Shown: piece by piece, positions 33,610 to 41,403 of the stretch
Position numbering within the stretch: position 1 is the stretch's first letter
Layout of the letters: each line of letters starts with the position of its first letter
Source: a virus
Taxonomy: Duplodnaviria > Caudoviricetes
DNA: 41,403 bases
IMG/VR virus record: IMGVR_UViG_3300012808_000018
Span: 1 to 41,403 of that record
Direction: 5' to 3' (one strand)
Notes under the pieces: model-generated
Seen by the model: the letters and a program-made list of their open reading frames with translations, nothing else
What the model was told of the DNA's origin: nothing
Database searches by the model: none
Position numbers and translations under genes: made by a program

Positions 33610-36386
33610 GATTTTTGTTCCCAGGGAAATTCTTGCTGTGTCTCATCTTCCGGTACCGGAGCCGACATTGGCCCCAATATCTTGATCGTGTCCACTATCA
33701 TGTCGCCGCGACCGCCCTCAGCAAATCTTCGCTCCACATACTGTCCCTTCAGCTTGACCTTGACGCCCTTGGTGAGACGCTTGGCCATCTCCAGTTCTTC
33801 GGAATAGCATGTTATGTTCACGATGTTCTTTACCTGCATGCCGTCCTGCTCGTAGCTCATGTCCTCGACCATAAGCCATTTTACCTTTGGCTTACCATAG
33901 ACCTGCACAACTTCGGCATCGTTCCATTTCACCTCTCCCTCGAGCTCCCTCTCCACTCCAACCGGTTCATCGGTCTTTTCCAGGTTCAGATTAAGTGAAT
34001 CGTAGTCCAGTATGTAGGCATTGGAGATCTTACTCTCCGATTTGTTGCGGAAACTGGTGGACTTTATCATGCCTAGATATCCATCGAGATCCTTCATAAA
34101 ATTTACAATGGTTTCCACATTCAGACCGGTCTTCCCGGTCTGTTGCCTAATGGCATTCATATAGTGTGGATGGATGTTGTTCATCCGCAGATAAAGAAGC
34201 TTCTTTGGTTCGGAGAATGTATGCACCTTCGTGTCCTTGCCATCCTCGCGTTCGCTGCGTGGCACGATGAGCGGGATCTCGTTCTTCGTTTCGATTTTGA
34301 AATCATATCCATCGATGATCATTTTCTGATCAGCTAGGAATTCCATGGTCTTCCAGAAAGCTGCCAATGAATCGGATTCGGCTATCTGGCCGGAGAGTTT
34401 CACGATATCGGTTTTCATCTGCAGGAAAAATTCTTCGTAGGTGAAAGGAAAATTGATATGTCCCTGGAGTATTACACGCATTGTTAGCATCGTGCAGAAA
34501 TTATTCTGTATCCTGGTCTTAACTTTAAGGCCGTCCGCCCGAAATGACTCCGTTAGTTTCTTAAATTCCTTAGCGTAGGCATCGGAATAACGGCTTTCGA
34601 TCAATGTCCGGTGCTGTAACAGTTCGACGAGTATTCCGCCGAGACCGGCTTTCTCGTGTGCCTTCAATCTTTGGAACGTGGCGATCTGTTCGTCTGTGCG
34701 CGAGCTACCACTAATCTTTGCCGGGATTGTCCTGGTTAGTACCGAGGCATCATCCTTGGTAGATAGAAATTGGCCAATAAGGATAATCGTGCAGAGGATC
34801 TGCTGCACCTCTGTTTTTTTCTTCCTGGTCATGGATCCCTTTTCACGGCCTTCACCGTCGAATGCCGACTTGATCGCACGGAACCATTCTTCCTTGATGG
34901 CGTTTTCATCGAATTCATTAAATCCAACAGGACAATTCCTAAACCTCTCAAGGCGATTGAAAAAAGCAAAATCAGTCCCCTGGTTTAGGTTGAAAAATTT
35001 CATTTCCTTAAAAAACAGGTTAGATATCGACTCTGCATAAGCTGACTTCCCAGATCCAACCGGGCCATGAGCATAAAGGTGCGGGCAGCTACTGTTGAGG
35101 GCGTAAACGATATCCCGGAAGAGCGATACGAAAGCGTACATGATCCCAATCTTTCCATTATCGCCGTAGGCACCGACCATCATCTTGGACCATTCGGAAA
35201 AATCGATCGAAGGCTTGCTCCACTGCAGGAACCTGTCGTTCTCGTATAGATCATCCTCAGCGCGAAATTCGCCCTTGATCTCGCTCGCTGCCATCGATAG
35301 GTAGTTAACACCATCGATCTCTGTAAAGCCGTACTCGTTGAAGGAAACAAGCGAATCCTTGTATATCTTATTGGAATAGGCCCAGAATCCCTCCGGCTGC
35401 CAACCGAGCGTCTTGAGCTCGAAACATTTTGGGTATTCGCCCAGCAGCTCTGCTTTGAGCTTGTTCAGGTGTGATTTTGTAAATCCGTCCATTGTAAAGT
35501 AGACCCCCTCATTCATCAGGATCGATTCGAACTGGTCAACCGACGAAAAGGCCTTGGAGGGTAGTTCCAATATTGCTTTGGATCTACCATTGTGAACCTC
35601 GGTCAAACGGCGGTTGGCGTTTTCGTCCTTGGAATAGATGTGGATGAGGGGAGTCATAACAAAATTCGTCATGCGCCTCGCGCCGTCCTTGCCCATATGG
35701 AACCAGAATCCGGTCTTGTCCACGCCATCGATCTTGGCATCAAAGCCGGCCGTCCAGAACCGCTCCGTATTGATCCACGAGGGGATTGCGCGTTCCTTTT
35801 CTGCTAGCTCCTGCACTGCTTCCTTACGTCTTTTCTCGAGATCGCCCACACGCTTGATCAGACTTGGCGCTTTCACCTTTTTGTGCTTGGCCACGATCTT
35901 GCTAACGTATTCGTCACGAAGGAAATCAGAATCAAGGATGGCAAGCATTTCGGCAATCCTGCCGAGCGCTTCGTTTTCTGCATGTGTGTCGTTGTCCGGA
36001 ATTTGCAGTAAAACGTCTGCCTTGTAAAGGATCCCGTCAATGGACCTTTCGCGGATATACAGCTCTATCGGATTGTTTAAGGACTTGTTGACCGGAGCTT
36101 GGACAACTTCAACAGTTTCGACGGTATCTTCGCGTTCCTTGCGGATCATGTTTACCCGACGCTTCAGGCTTGCTATCTTGATCTTTTTAAAATCCGCACA
36201 GATGGAATCCATATACTCGCCCCGTAGATAGTCCGATTCGATCAGGGATATCATCTGCGCCATTTGTCCGATTGCGTCATTGACCGCGTGCATGTCAGTT
36301 CCCGCCACTTCCATAAGCGCAGCGGCCTTGAACATTACACCGTCCACTGATTTATCGGTGATATACTGTAGTACCTTGTTATCCAT
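33606..36386 (-). CDS. Replicative P-loop helicase (DUF927-like) with duplicated DnaG-type helical domain at the N-terminus and SSB-like OB fold at the C-terminus
   Basis: Walker A GPVGSGKS, Walker B GFNEFD; start MDNKV 1 nt after the primase stop. Confidence 0.8.
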   Translation of the reverse strand: MDNKVLQYITDKSVDGVMFKAAALMEVAGTDMHAVNDAIGQMAQMISLIESDYLRGEYMDSICADFKKIKIASLKRRVNMIRKEREDTVETVEVVQAPVNKSLNNPIELYIRERSIDGILYKADVLLQIPDNDTHAENEALGRIAEMLAILDSDFLRDEYVSKIVAKHKKVKAPSLIKRVGDLEKRRKEAVQELAEKERAIPSWINTERFWTAGFDAKIDGVDKTGFWFHMGKDGARRMTNFVMTPLIHIYSKDENANRRLTEVHNGRSKAILELPSKAFSSVDQFESILMNEGVYFTMDGFTKSHLNKLKAELLGEYPKCFELKTLGWQPEGFWAYSNKIYKDSLVSFNEYGFTEIDGVNYLSMAASEIKGEFRAEDDLYENDRFLQWSKPSIDFSEWSKMMVGAYGDNGKIGIMYAFVSLFRDIVYALNSSCPHLYAHGPVGSGKSAYAESISNLFFKEMKFFNLNQGTDFAFFNRLERFRNCPVGFNEFDENAIKEEWFRAIKSAFDGEGREKGSMTRKKKTEVQQILCTIILIGQFLSTKDDASVLTRTIPAKISGSSRTDEQIATFQRLKAHEKAGLGGILVELLQHRTLIESRYSDAYAKEFKKLTESFRADGLKVKTRIQNNFCTMLTMRVILQGHINFPFTYEEFFLQMKTDIVKLSGQIAESDSLAAFWKTMEFLADQKMIIDGYDFKIETKNEIPLIVPRSEREDGKDTKVHTFSEPKKLLYLRMNNIHPHYMNAIRQQTGKTGLNVETIVNFMKDLDGYLGMIKSTSFRNKSESKISNAYILDYDSLNLNLEKTDEPVGVERELEGEVKWNDAEVVQVYGKPKVKWLMVEDMSYEQDGMQVKNIVNITCYSEELEMAKRLTKGVKVKLKGQYVERRFAEGGRGDMIVDTIKILGPMSAPVPEDETQQEFPWEQKS

Positions 36387-36387
36387 C

Positions 36388-37500
36388 TTACTTGCCTTCC
36401 TCTGCGATCTCAATTTCCTCATCCACACAGCACTCCGGGAATTCACTCCGGACAAGCACGTCCGGATCATCGTTGTCCCTTATGGGCACCACAACCACAT
36501 TCAGTTCCTGTTCGATCAGCACATCGATGGCCTTTAGTGTCGCTTCCTTTCCTGCCTTATCGCCATCGAACATCAAGATCACTTTCTTGCACATCTTTTT
36601 CAGGATCTCCGCATGTTTGGCGGTAAGCGCGGTTCCTCCCGGGCATACGGTGTTCTTGATCCCGGCTTGGTGCATCATAATTACGTCGACCTGTCCCTCT
36701 ACGACAATGGCCACTCCCTGCTTGCGAATCTCTGATTGTGCCTGGAATATCCCGTATAGCACAGAATTCTTCTTATAGAGCATGGATTCCTTGCTGTTAA
36801 TGTATTTGGGCGCGCGGTCCTCGTTATTATCAAAAGCTTTACGTCCGCAGAAACCAATGATCTGGCCCCTCATGTCATGTATAGGAAAAATGATCCGGTT
36901 TCGAAAAAAGTCGTAGGTATCGCCCTTGTCATTCCGTGAGATAAGGCCCATTTCATTTCCAAATTCGTAAAATCCGCCGTCGACGATGTGCTTGGTGATG
37001 AACCTCCATTCATCTGGCGCGTAGCCGATCTGAAACTCGGCTATGGATTCCCTTGTAAGCATTCGTTGCTTCTGCAGGCTTGCAACGGATGCCCAGTGCT
37101 CTTTTGGCAGATCGTAGAAAGCTTTCTGCCATCTGCCCAGCGCTCCCTTGTTCATATCGATCATCGTCAGGCGTTTTTCCTTTACAATCTTGTCCTCTTC
37201 GCGGTCGTGGGTTTCCTCCAGCGTCAGGTTGAACTTATCGGCAAGGGTTCTCACTGCGTCCGGAAATTCAAGCTTTTTCTTTTCCATTATAAAGGTTATC
37301 GCGTTGCCACTGGCTCCGCAGCCGAAACATTTATAGATCCCCTTTACAGGAGATACCGAAAAGGATGGCGTTTTTTCGTCATGGAAAGGGCAGCAGCCTG
37401 TATAGTTCGCTCCGCGTTTGGTCAGGTCCACATGATCCTTTACGACTTCGTATATATCTGCAGTATCCAGTACGTTGTTAATCGACTCCTGTGTTATCAT
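36388..37500 (-). CDS. dnaG: DnaG-type DNA primase (CHC2 Zn finger + catalytic core + Toprim; ends right after Toprim)
   Basis: CCPFHDEKTPSF..YKCFGC, DFFRNRIIFPI, PKYINS, VEGQVD, FDGDKAG, DPD. Confidence 0.95.
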   Translation of the reverse strand: MITQESINNVLDTADIYEVVKDHVDLTKRGANYTGCCPFHDEKTPSFSVSPVKGIYKCFGCGASGNAITFIMEKKKLEFPDAVRTLADKFNLTLEETHDREEDKIVKEKRLTMIDMNKGALGRWQKAFYDLPKEHWASVASLQKQRMLTRESIAEFQIGYAPDEWRFITKHIVDGGFYEFGNEMGLISRNDKGDTYDFFRNRIIFPIHDMRGQIIGFCGRKAFDNNEDRAPKYINSKESMLYKKNSVLYGIFQAQSEIRKQGVAIVVEGQVDVIMMHQAGIKNTVCPGGTALTAKHAEILKKMCKKVILMFDGDKAGKEATLKAIDVLIEQELNVVVVPIRDNDDPDVLVRSEFPECCVDEEIEIAEEGK

Positions 37501-37588
37501 CTTGTTCTTGTAGCTTTTGAAATTTGAAATAGTATATATAAACGAATCGTGCGAGTGTGATCAGAAGTAAGGCTCCGATGATTTCCAT
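37478..37588 (-). CDS. Small single-TM peptide (36 aa)
   Basis: MEIIGALLLITLARFVYIYYFKFQK...; TAATG coupling to the upstream gene. Confidence 0.5.
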   Translation of the reverse strand: MEIIGALLLITLARFVYIYYFKFQKLQEQDDNTGVD

Positions 37589-37899
37589 TATTCCGATTGG
37601 TTGGTTCCCCATTCCCGATTGTGATCGTCCTGGTGTCTGCAGAAGCAATCGACAAGTTTCTCCCAGTGTACGTTCTCCAACTGATCCACAAAACTGTCGG
37701 CCACTTCGCAAGGTGCCTCCGTGAAGACAAAGGATGGCCAGTCAATGTCGAGCTTATCGCGGTGCATAACAGCCCGGCAATACTCGCCAAAAAATGTGAA
37801 ATTGAACTCGACAGTGACAGCTTGCTCATTACTGTCCGTCTGCTGGGTTTCTGTGTTGTGCAGTGTGAGATTTGAAGATAGTTTTTCTTGAAATTCCAT
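37588..37899 (-). CDS. Hypothetical protein
   Basis: 103 aa ORF in the operon. Confidence 0.55.
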   Translation of the reverse strand: MEFQEKLSSNLTLHNTETQQTDSNEQAVTVEFNFTFFGEYCRAVMHRDKLDIDWPSFVFTEAPCEVADSFVDQLENVHWEKLVDCFCRHQDDHNREWGTNQSE

Positions 37900-37923
37900 A
37901 GGGGTTAATTTTGGTGTTAAAAA

Positions 37924-38268
37924 TTATGCTGATTGCTCCTGTTGCTGATCAATACTGTTCTCAAAAAGTTTGAGCGTAGGATGCACGGTAATTCCCAGTT
38001 CCTTTGCGAGTCGTGCCTCGATCCACGCACCCTTAGATTTTTGCCAACCCGGTAGCAGTATCAGGTCGGTACATTCCATCAGTTTTACGATGCACCGGCG
38101 CATGTAGATTTCCCAGTCGGATCCTTCCGGAATGTCGGAACAGAACTCGTGCGGATTTCGTACAAAAAGTCCCTTGGCCTTGAGCTCTGCGCACACGACT
38201 TTAAAGGATTCGCGATTACCATCCGGATGGCCTGTTATGGGTCCGGAAATATAGATTACCCTGTTCAT
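37924..38268 (-). CDS. DUF4406-family (nucleoside 2-deoxyribosyltransferase-like fold) protein
   Basis: IYISGPITG, WEIYMRRCI..L.ECT..ILLPGWQKSKGAWIE; start MNRVIY. Confidence 0.85.
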   Translation of the reverse strand: MNRVIYISGPITGHPDGNRESFKVVCAELKAKGLFVRNPHEFCSDIPEGSDWEIYMRRCIVKLMECTDLILLPGWQKSKGAWIEARLAKELGITVHPTLKLFENSIDQQQEQSA

Positions 38269-38453
38269 TGCTCCAGCTTTTTTAGTTCCCTTGATGCAAA
38301 TACGACGGGAACAGTGTTTCCACATTCATCGCAGTTACTAAGCTCCATGGAAACACCGCCGTTTTCCTTTTCAGTGATCTTCATTTTATGGATTCCCGTA
38401 GCGCAACTTTTGCAATGGTAGACTATGATCCTTGGCTTTTTTACCTTACTCAT
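38265..38453 (-). CDS. Small Zn-ribbon protein
   Basis: CKSC...CDECG. Confidence 0.6.
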   Translation of the reverse strand: MSKVKKPRIIVYHCKSCATGIHKMKITEKENGGVSMELSNCDECGNTVPVVFASRELKKLEQ

Positions 38454-38464
38454 AAAATAGTGTG

Positions 38465-38764
38465 TTAGATTTTTTTTGATAATGGGGTCTTGACTGCATC
38501 TTCCCACCAGTTGGATATTTGGCTTTTTATCAGCAGCATGAAATCTGTCTTGGATTCTAGATCAGGTATATCTGTCAAGCCAACCGTCATTACATGGAAC
38601 ATGTCTGCAATACCGTACATGAATGCCATTTTAAGGTTCCTTTGCTCCGCAACTGTCATTTTGGATTCGTCGAGATCCGCCATGTCCAAGAGATTCTGCC
38701 AAGCCTGATCCATGTCGTAGATAGGGTGCTTTTTGCCGTCTGGTGTGTTAATAATCCTTATCAT
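38465..38764 (-). CDS. Hypothetical protein
   Basis: 99 aa ORF. Confidence 0.65.
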   Translation of the reverse strand: MIRIINTPDGKKHPIYDMDQAWQNLLDMADLDESKMTVAEQRNLKMAFMYGIADMFHVMTVGLTDIPDLESKTDFMLLIKSQISNWWEDAVKTPLSKKI

Positions 38765-38873
38765 TTCCCCGTTGATAGATGGTTAAAAATGCCCCCCTCC
38801 AAATAGGGGCCTCGTGTTTGTTTCAAAGTTGTAAATGGGCAAGAACGTTCGATTGGAGTTGCGCCCAAGATTT

Positions 38874-39263
38874 TTATCCTTTATAAGGAACTCTTTTGAT
38901 CAGATCGCCATCCCTAGCGGGATCCTTCCATTTCTGCACCAATACGATCCGCTTGAGCCTTGTACTGATCGGGTAAATCTTCGGTCCCTGTCCATTTCGC
39001 TGCACCTCTTTCGACGAAATGAAACATTCGACTTCGACCTCTTTGCCGATCAGAGCTGTTGAGACATTATTTTTGTCTATGTAACCGTTAAGTACAGTGA
39101 TTTTCCAGCATTCGGTTTTCCCTCTTTTGATCTGTAAGGGATCCGTCCACTGCGGTACATCTAAGATGATATGTTGTCTTCGCTTTGTCGGATCCTGTTC
39201 GTCATATCGATCGATCGGGAGGACATCTCTGATTATGCCCAATAATCTAATTGTAAGTGCCAT
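38874..39263 (-). CDS. OB-fold protein (DUF3127 / SSB-like)
   Basis: G.I..VLP...KRRQHIILD...IGKEVEVECFISSKE pattern. Confidence 0.6.
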   Translation of the reverse strand: MALTIRLLGIIRDVLPIDRYDEQDPTKRRQHIILDVPQWTDPLQIKRGKTECWKITVLNGYIDKNNVSTALIGKEVEVECFISSKEVQRNGQGPKIYPISTRLKRIVLVQKWKDPARDGDLIKRVPYKG

Positions 39264-39273
39264 TTATTAAACT

Positions 39274-39495
39274 TTAAAGTTGTTCTTCGTAGAGGTTCGT
39301 TGTGTTAATTACATCCGCGCTATCTGCTGTTTTCCCATCACGTAGGAATACACCGTCATACATAAGCGCTTCGTAGTCTACTCTTGACATGTAAAACCGG
39401 CAGCACCGGCCATCGATGTACAGGTTACATACCATGATATTGTTATTTGATTCCGAGGGACCTTTCACGTCTATTTGTAATTTTCTATTTCCCAT
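39274..39495 (-). CDS. Hypothetical protein
   Basis: 73 aa ORF. Confidence 0.6.
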   Translation of the reverse strand: MGNRKLQIDVKGPSESNNNIMVCNLYIDGRCCRFYMSRVDYEALMYDGVFLRDGKTADSADVINTTNLYEEQL

Positions 39496-39497
39496 GG

Positions 39498-39950
39498 TTA
39501 TACCGTTTTGATTCCTGCCCCATTATCTACACTGAAAACCTGTCTGTATTCATCAGCCCATAGGAGGATTGGAGCGACTCGCCCTTTAAAGAAAGCATAT
39601 TGTTTACTTTCTTTATTTGGAAACAGCTCGGCGAAATAACGTCCGTCTTGAACTATTCTGCGGCAGAGCACGTGAAGCCGACTGTTTTCGTGCATGGTGA
39701 GCATGAGCTGAACCTTATCAACTGCTGCAGCACGCTTACCAGTCAATGTCTTGGTCTTTTTAAAGGATTTGTCCCGTTGTCTGACCCAGCCCTTAAGCAT
39801 TTTGATCATATAGGCACGGGAGTACTCTTCCCATTTTTTGAGGGCTTGATCATTGGATTGACAGCTGATGGTTTTCGGCGTTAAACGGGCCTCTGTTGGA
39901 TAGGTAATAATTGCGTGCCTTTCGTGCGGCATAACCTGGATAAGTAACAT
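39498..39950 (-). CDS. Hypothetical protein
   Basis: 150 aa basic ORF. Confidence 0.65.
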   Translation of the reverse strand: MLLIQVMPHERHAIITYPTEARLTPKTISCQSNDQALKKWEEYSRAYMIKMLKGWVRQRDKSFKKTKTLTGKRAAAVDKVQLMLTMHENSRLHVLCRRIVQDGRYFAELFPNKESKQYAFFKGRVAPILLWADEYRQVFSVDNGAGIKTV

Positions 39951-40035
39951 ATTTAAATTTTTTAAGGGTTTACATCTTTTTAAAAGTGGTCAGTCATATT
40001 TCAACCGACCCTTGGCCCGTGCACTGTTGTTTAGC

Positions 40036-40638
40036 TTATATCAAATTCTTTGCGACGGCGAATGCGGTCATATCTGGACGTCGCGCAAAATTCCCTTTAC
40101 TACGGATGTTTTGCGTATGTGTTTTTACAGTCTCCTCTTCAATATTTAGGATATCGGCGATTTCCTTATCGATCTTGCCATTGGCCACAAGCTTTAATAT
40201 TTCTAGCTCTCGCTTCGTTAGATATTGTGTATTACCATCGATATCTGTACCGACCATGATCGTTGCGCATACTTTCCCCTCGTATTTGCATAACCCTCGC
40301 TTTCCACAATCAAAATACTCGGTGTAGAGAATGTTGCCACATGTAGAAATGTCAGCTTCATAATCAAACCCACCAAACCTACAGAAGATGTATTGCTGCA
40401 ACATTTCATCTGAATCGTGGATATTCCAATCTTTGATCGCTTTGATCGCCTCTGGATGCTTAGCTAAATCATCCGCTACGATCTCTAGCAAATAATCTGG
40501 AATTTGATCCCATTCCAAAACACTTCCAGCATGAAGGCATCTTATTTTACCCGTCTCTGGAGAAACAAAAAATTCAGCGCCTTTATCTTCGAGCCCGGCA
40601 GGAAGTTTCTGGTTTACTACTTGCAATTGAATTTTCAT
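40036..40638 (-). CDS. LuxR/GerE-type HTH regulator with Cys-containing N-terminal domain
   Basis: LTKRELEILKLVANGKIDKEIADILNIEEETVKTHTQNIRSK. Confidence 0.9.
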   Translation of the reverse strand: MKIQLQVVNQKLPAGLEDKGAEFFVSPETGKIRCLHAGSVLEWDQIPDYLLEIVADDLAKHPEAIKAIKDWNIHDSDEMLQQYIFCRFGGFDYEADISTCGNILYTEYFDCGKRGLCKYEGKVCATIMVGTDIDGNTQYLTKRELEILKLVANGKIDKEIADILNIEEETVKTHTQNIRSKGNFARRPDMTAFAVAKNLI

Positions 40639-40865
40639 AGAGCCTTTATCATTGAACTTAAGTTCTCAATCTTACTTTGACCTTCTCGAGCCAATTTGAT
40701 AGCAGCCAGGATCACCTCTTCATTATGGAAATCACCCTTCAAGACTTTACTGACCGTACTTTTATCAAAACCCGTCAGCTCACCTATTTTGTTGATAGAT
40801 CCGTGGGGGAGCTTGGATTTAAGCAATTCAAGATCTTTGGTACTTAGTAGGGATTTAGAATTCAT
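40635..40865 (-). CDS. Cro-like HTH protein
   Basis: 76 aa; SINKIGELTGFDKSTVSKVLKG; first gene of the early operon, divergent from the repressor. Confidence 0.75.
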   Translation of the reverse strand: MNSKSLLSTKDLELLKSKLPHGSINKIGELTGFDKSTVSKVLKGDFHNEEVILAAIKLAREGQSKIENLSSMIKAL

Positions 40866-40874
40866 TCTGTAAAC

Positions 40875-40965
40875 ATCAATTTTGTTTCATCAAAAGACGC
40901 AAATAATTTGTATAATATCAATTTTATGTCACCTTTTTATCAATTTATTTTCATAACAAATTGAT
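40875..40965. promoter_or_regulatory. Lysis/lysogeny switch region with repeated operator-like 15-mers
   Basis: atcaattttgtttca 40875-40889, atcaattttatgtca 40917-40931, atcaatttattttca 40939-40953, inverted half-site aaattgat 40958-40965. Confidence 0.65.
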
Positions 40966-40998
40966 ATTGAGGTAGAATATTTTTCACATTTTTGTCAA

Positions 40999-41403
40999 AT
41001 GAGTTTCGTAATCGGGGAAGAAATAAAAAAAAGAGTGAAAAGAAAGGGTCTAAAAAACAAGGCCTTTGGAGACCTCATGAACATTGAAGAGAGAAACTTA
41101 TACCATTTTTTCAAAAAGGAACAAATGGACGTCGATCAACTACTTCTCGCTAGCGAAATACTTGACTTCAACTTCCTTAGCCTGTACATTAAAAACTCGA
41201 AATTTAAAAACTACTGGCAAAAGTCTAGCGAAGCTAACTTACCTGTAGATGCTTTAGCAGTTGCACCATTGGAGAAAGTGGAACCTGAAATATCTTTCAG
41301 TATTTGCATTAAAGGATCGGTAGAAAAAATATCAAGCGAGATGTCAAATTTTTTGCAGTTGATAAAGATTGAAGCGGAGAATCGCGGATTGACCTTAGGA
41401 TAA
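40999..41403 (+). CDS. CI-like XRE HTH repressor (no S24 peptidase domain)
   Basis: IGEEIKKRVKRKGLKNKAFGDLMNIEERNLYHFFKK HTH; divergent from the Cro-like gene. Confidence 0.75.
   Translation: MSFVIGEEIKKRVKRKGLKNKAFGDLMNIEERNLYHFFKKEQMDVDQLLLASEILDFNFLSLYIKNSKFKNYWQKSSEANLPVDALAVAPLEKVEPEISFSICIKGSVEKISSEMSNFLQLIKIEAENRGLTLG

Larger units (their letters stand above)
1..41403. mobile_element. Temperate siphovirus-like prophage (probable Bacteroidota host); boundaries and att sites probably lie outside the window
   Basis: Integrase, Cro/CI-like switch, primase/helicase, terminase, portal, capsid, protease, tape measure and lysis genes; no tail-sheath gene recognised. Confidence 0.95.

Overview
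This window is an apparently near-complete temperate siphovirus-like prophage. The host is probably Bacteroidota, inferred from TAnnTTTG-type promoter elements and a Bacteroidota-style integrase and primase. It runs from a tyrosine integrase (1-1242, +) through a ~27.6 kb minus-strand late module, an iteron-rich non-coding region (~28990-29310) and a minus-strand early/replication module, to a Cro/CI-like switch at the right end. The late module holds tape measure, tail and baseplate genes, an SGNH tail spike, two lysis-like cassettes, portal, terminase, capsid and an S49 protease. The early module holds many small ORFs, a split DnaG primase and a helicase with an SSB-like C-terminus. No att sites are identifiable inside the window. 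Most notable observations: (1) A DPPY amino-methyltransferase sits next to a truncated thymidylate-synthase homologue, inside the packaging module and behind a structured leader. The homologue carries the Asn-to-Asp cytosine-specificity substitution and lacks most dNMP-phosphate-binding arginines, making this a candidate new DNA base-modification system. (2) The same 9-bp iteron family occurs in two clusters that exactly bracket the late module. (3) Six copies of a phage-specific late promoter (TGTCGTTT-N19/20-[-7 box]) sit only 3-7 nt before ATG. (4) A HEPN-motif moron lies on the opposite strand. (5) A GH24 lysozyme lacks its catalytic triad. (6) A tail-tube-like protein carries N-terminal hydrophobic helices and has a shorter paralogue. 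All functional calls come from motif reading and gene context; no database search was run.
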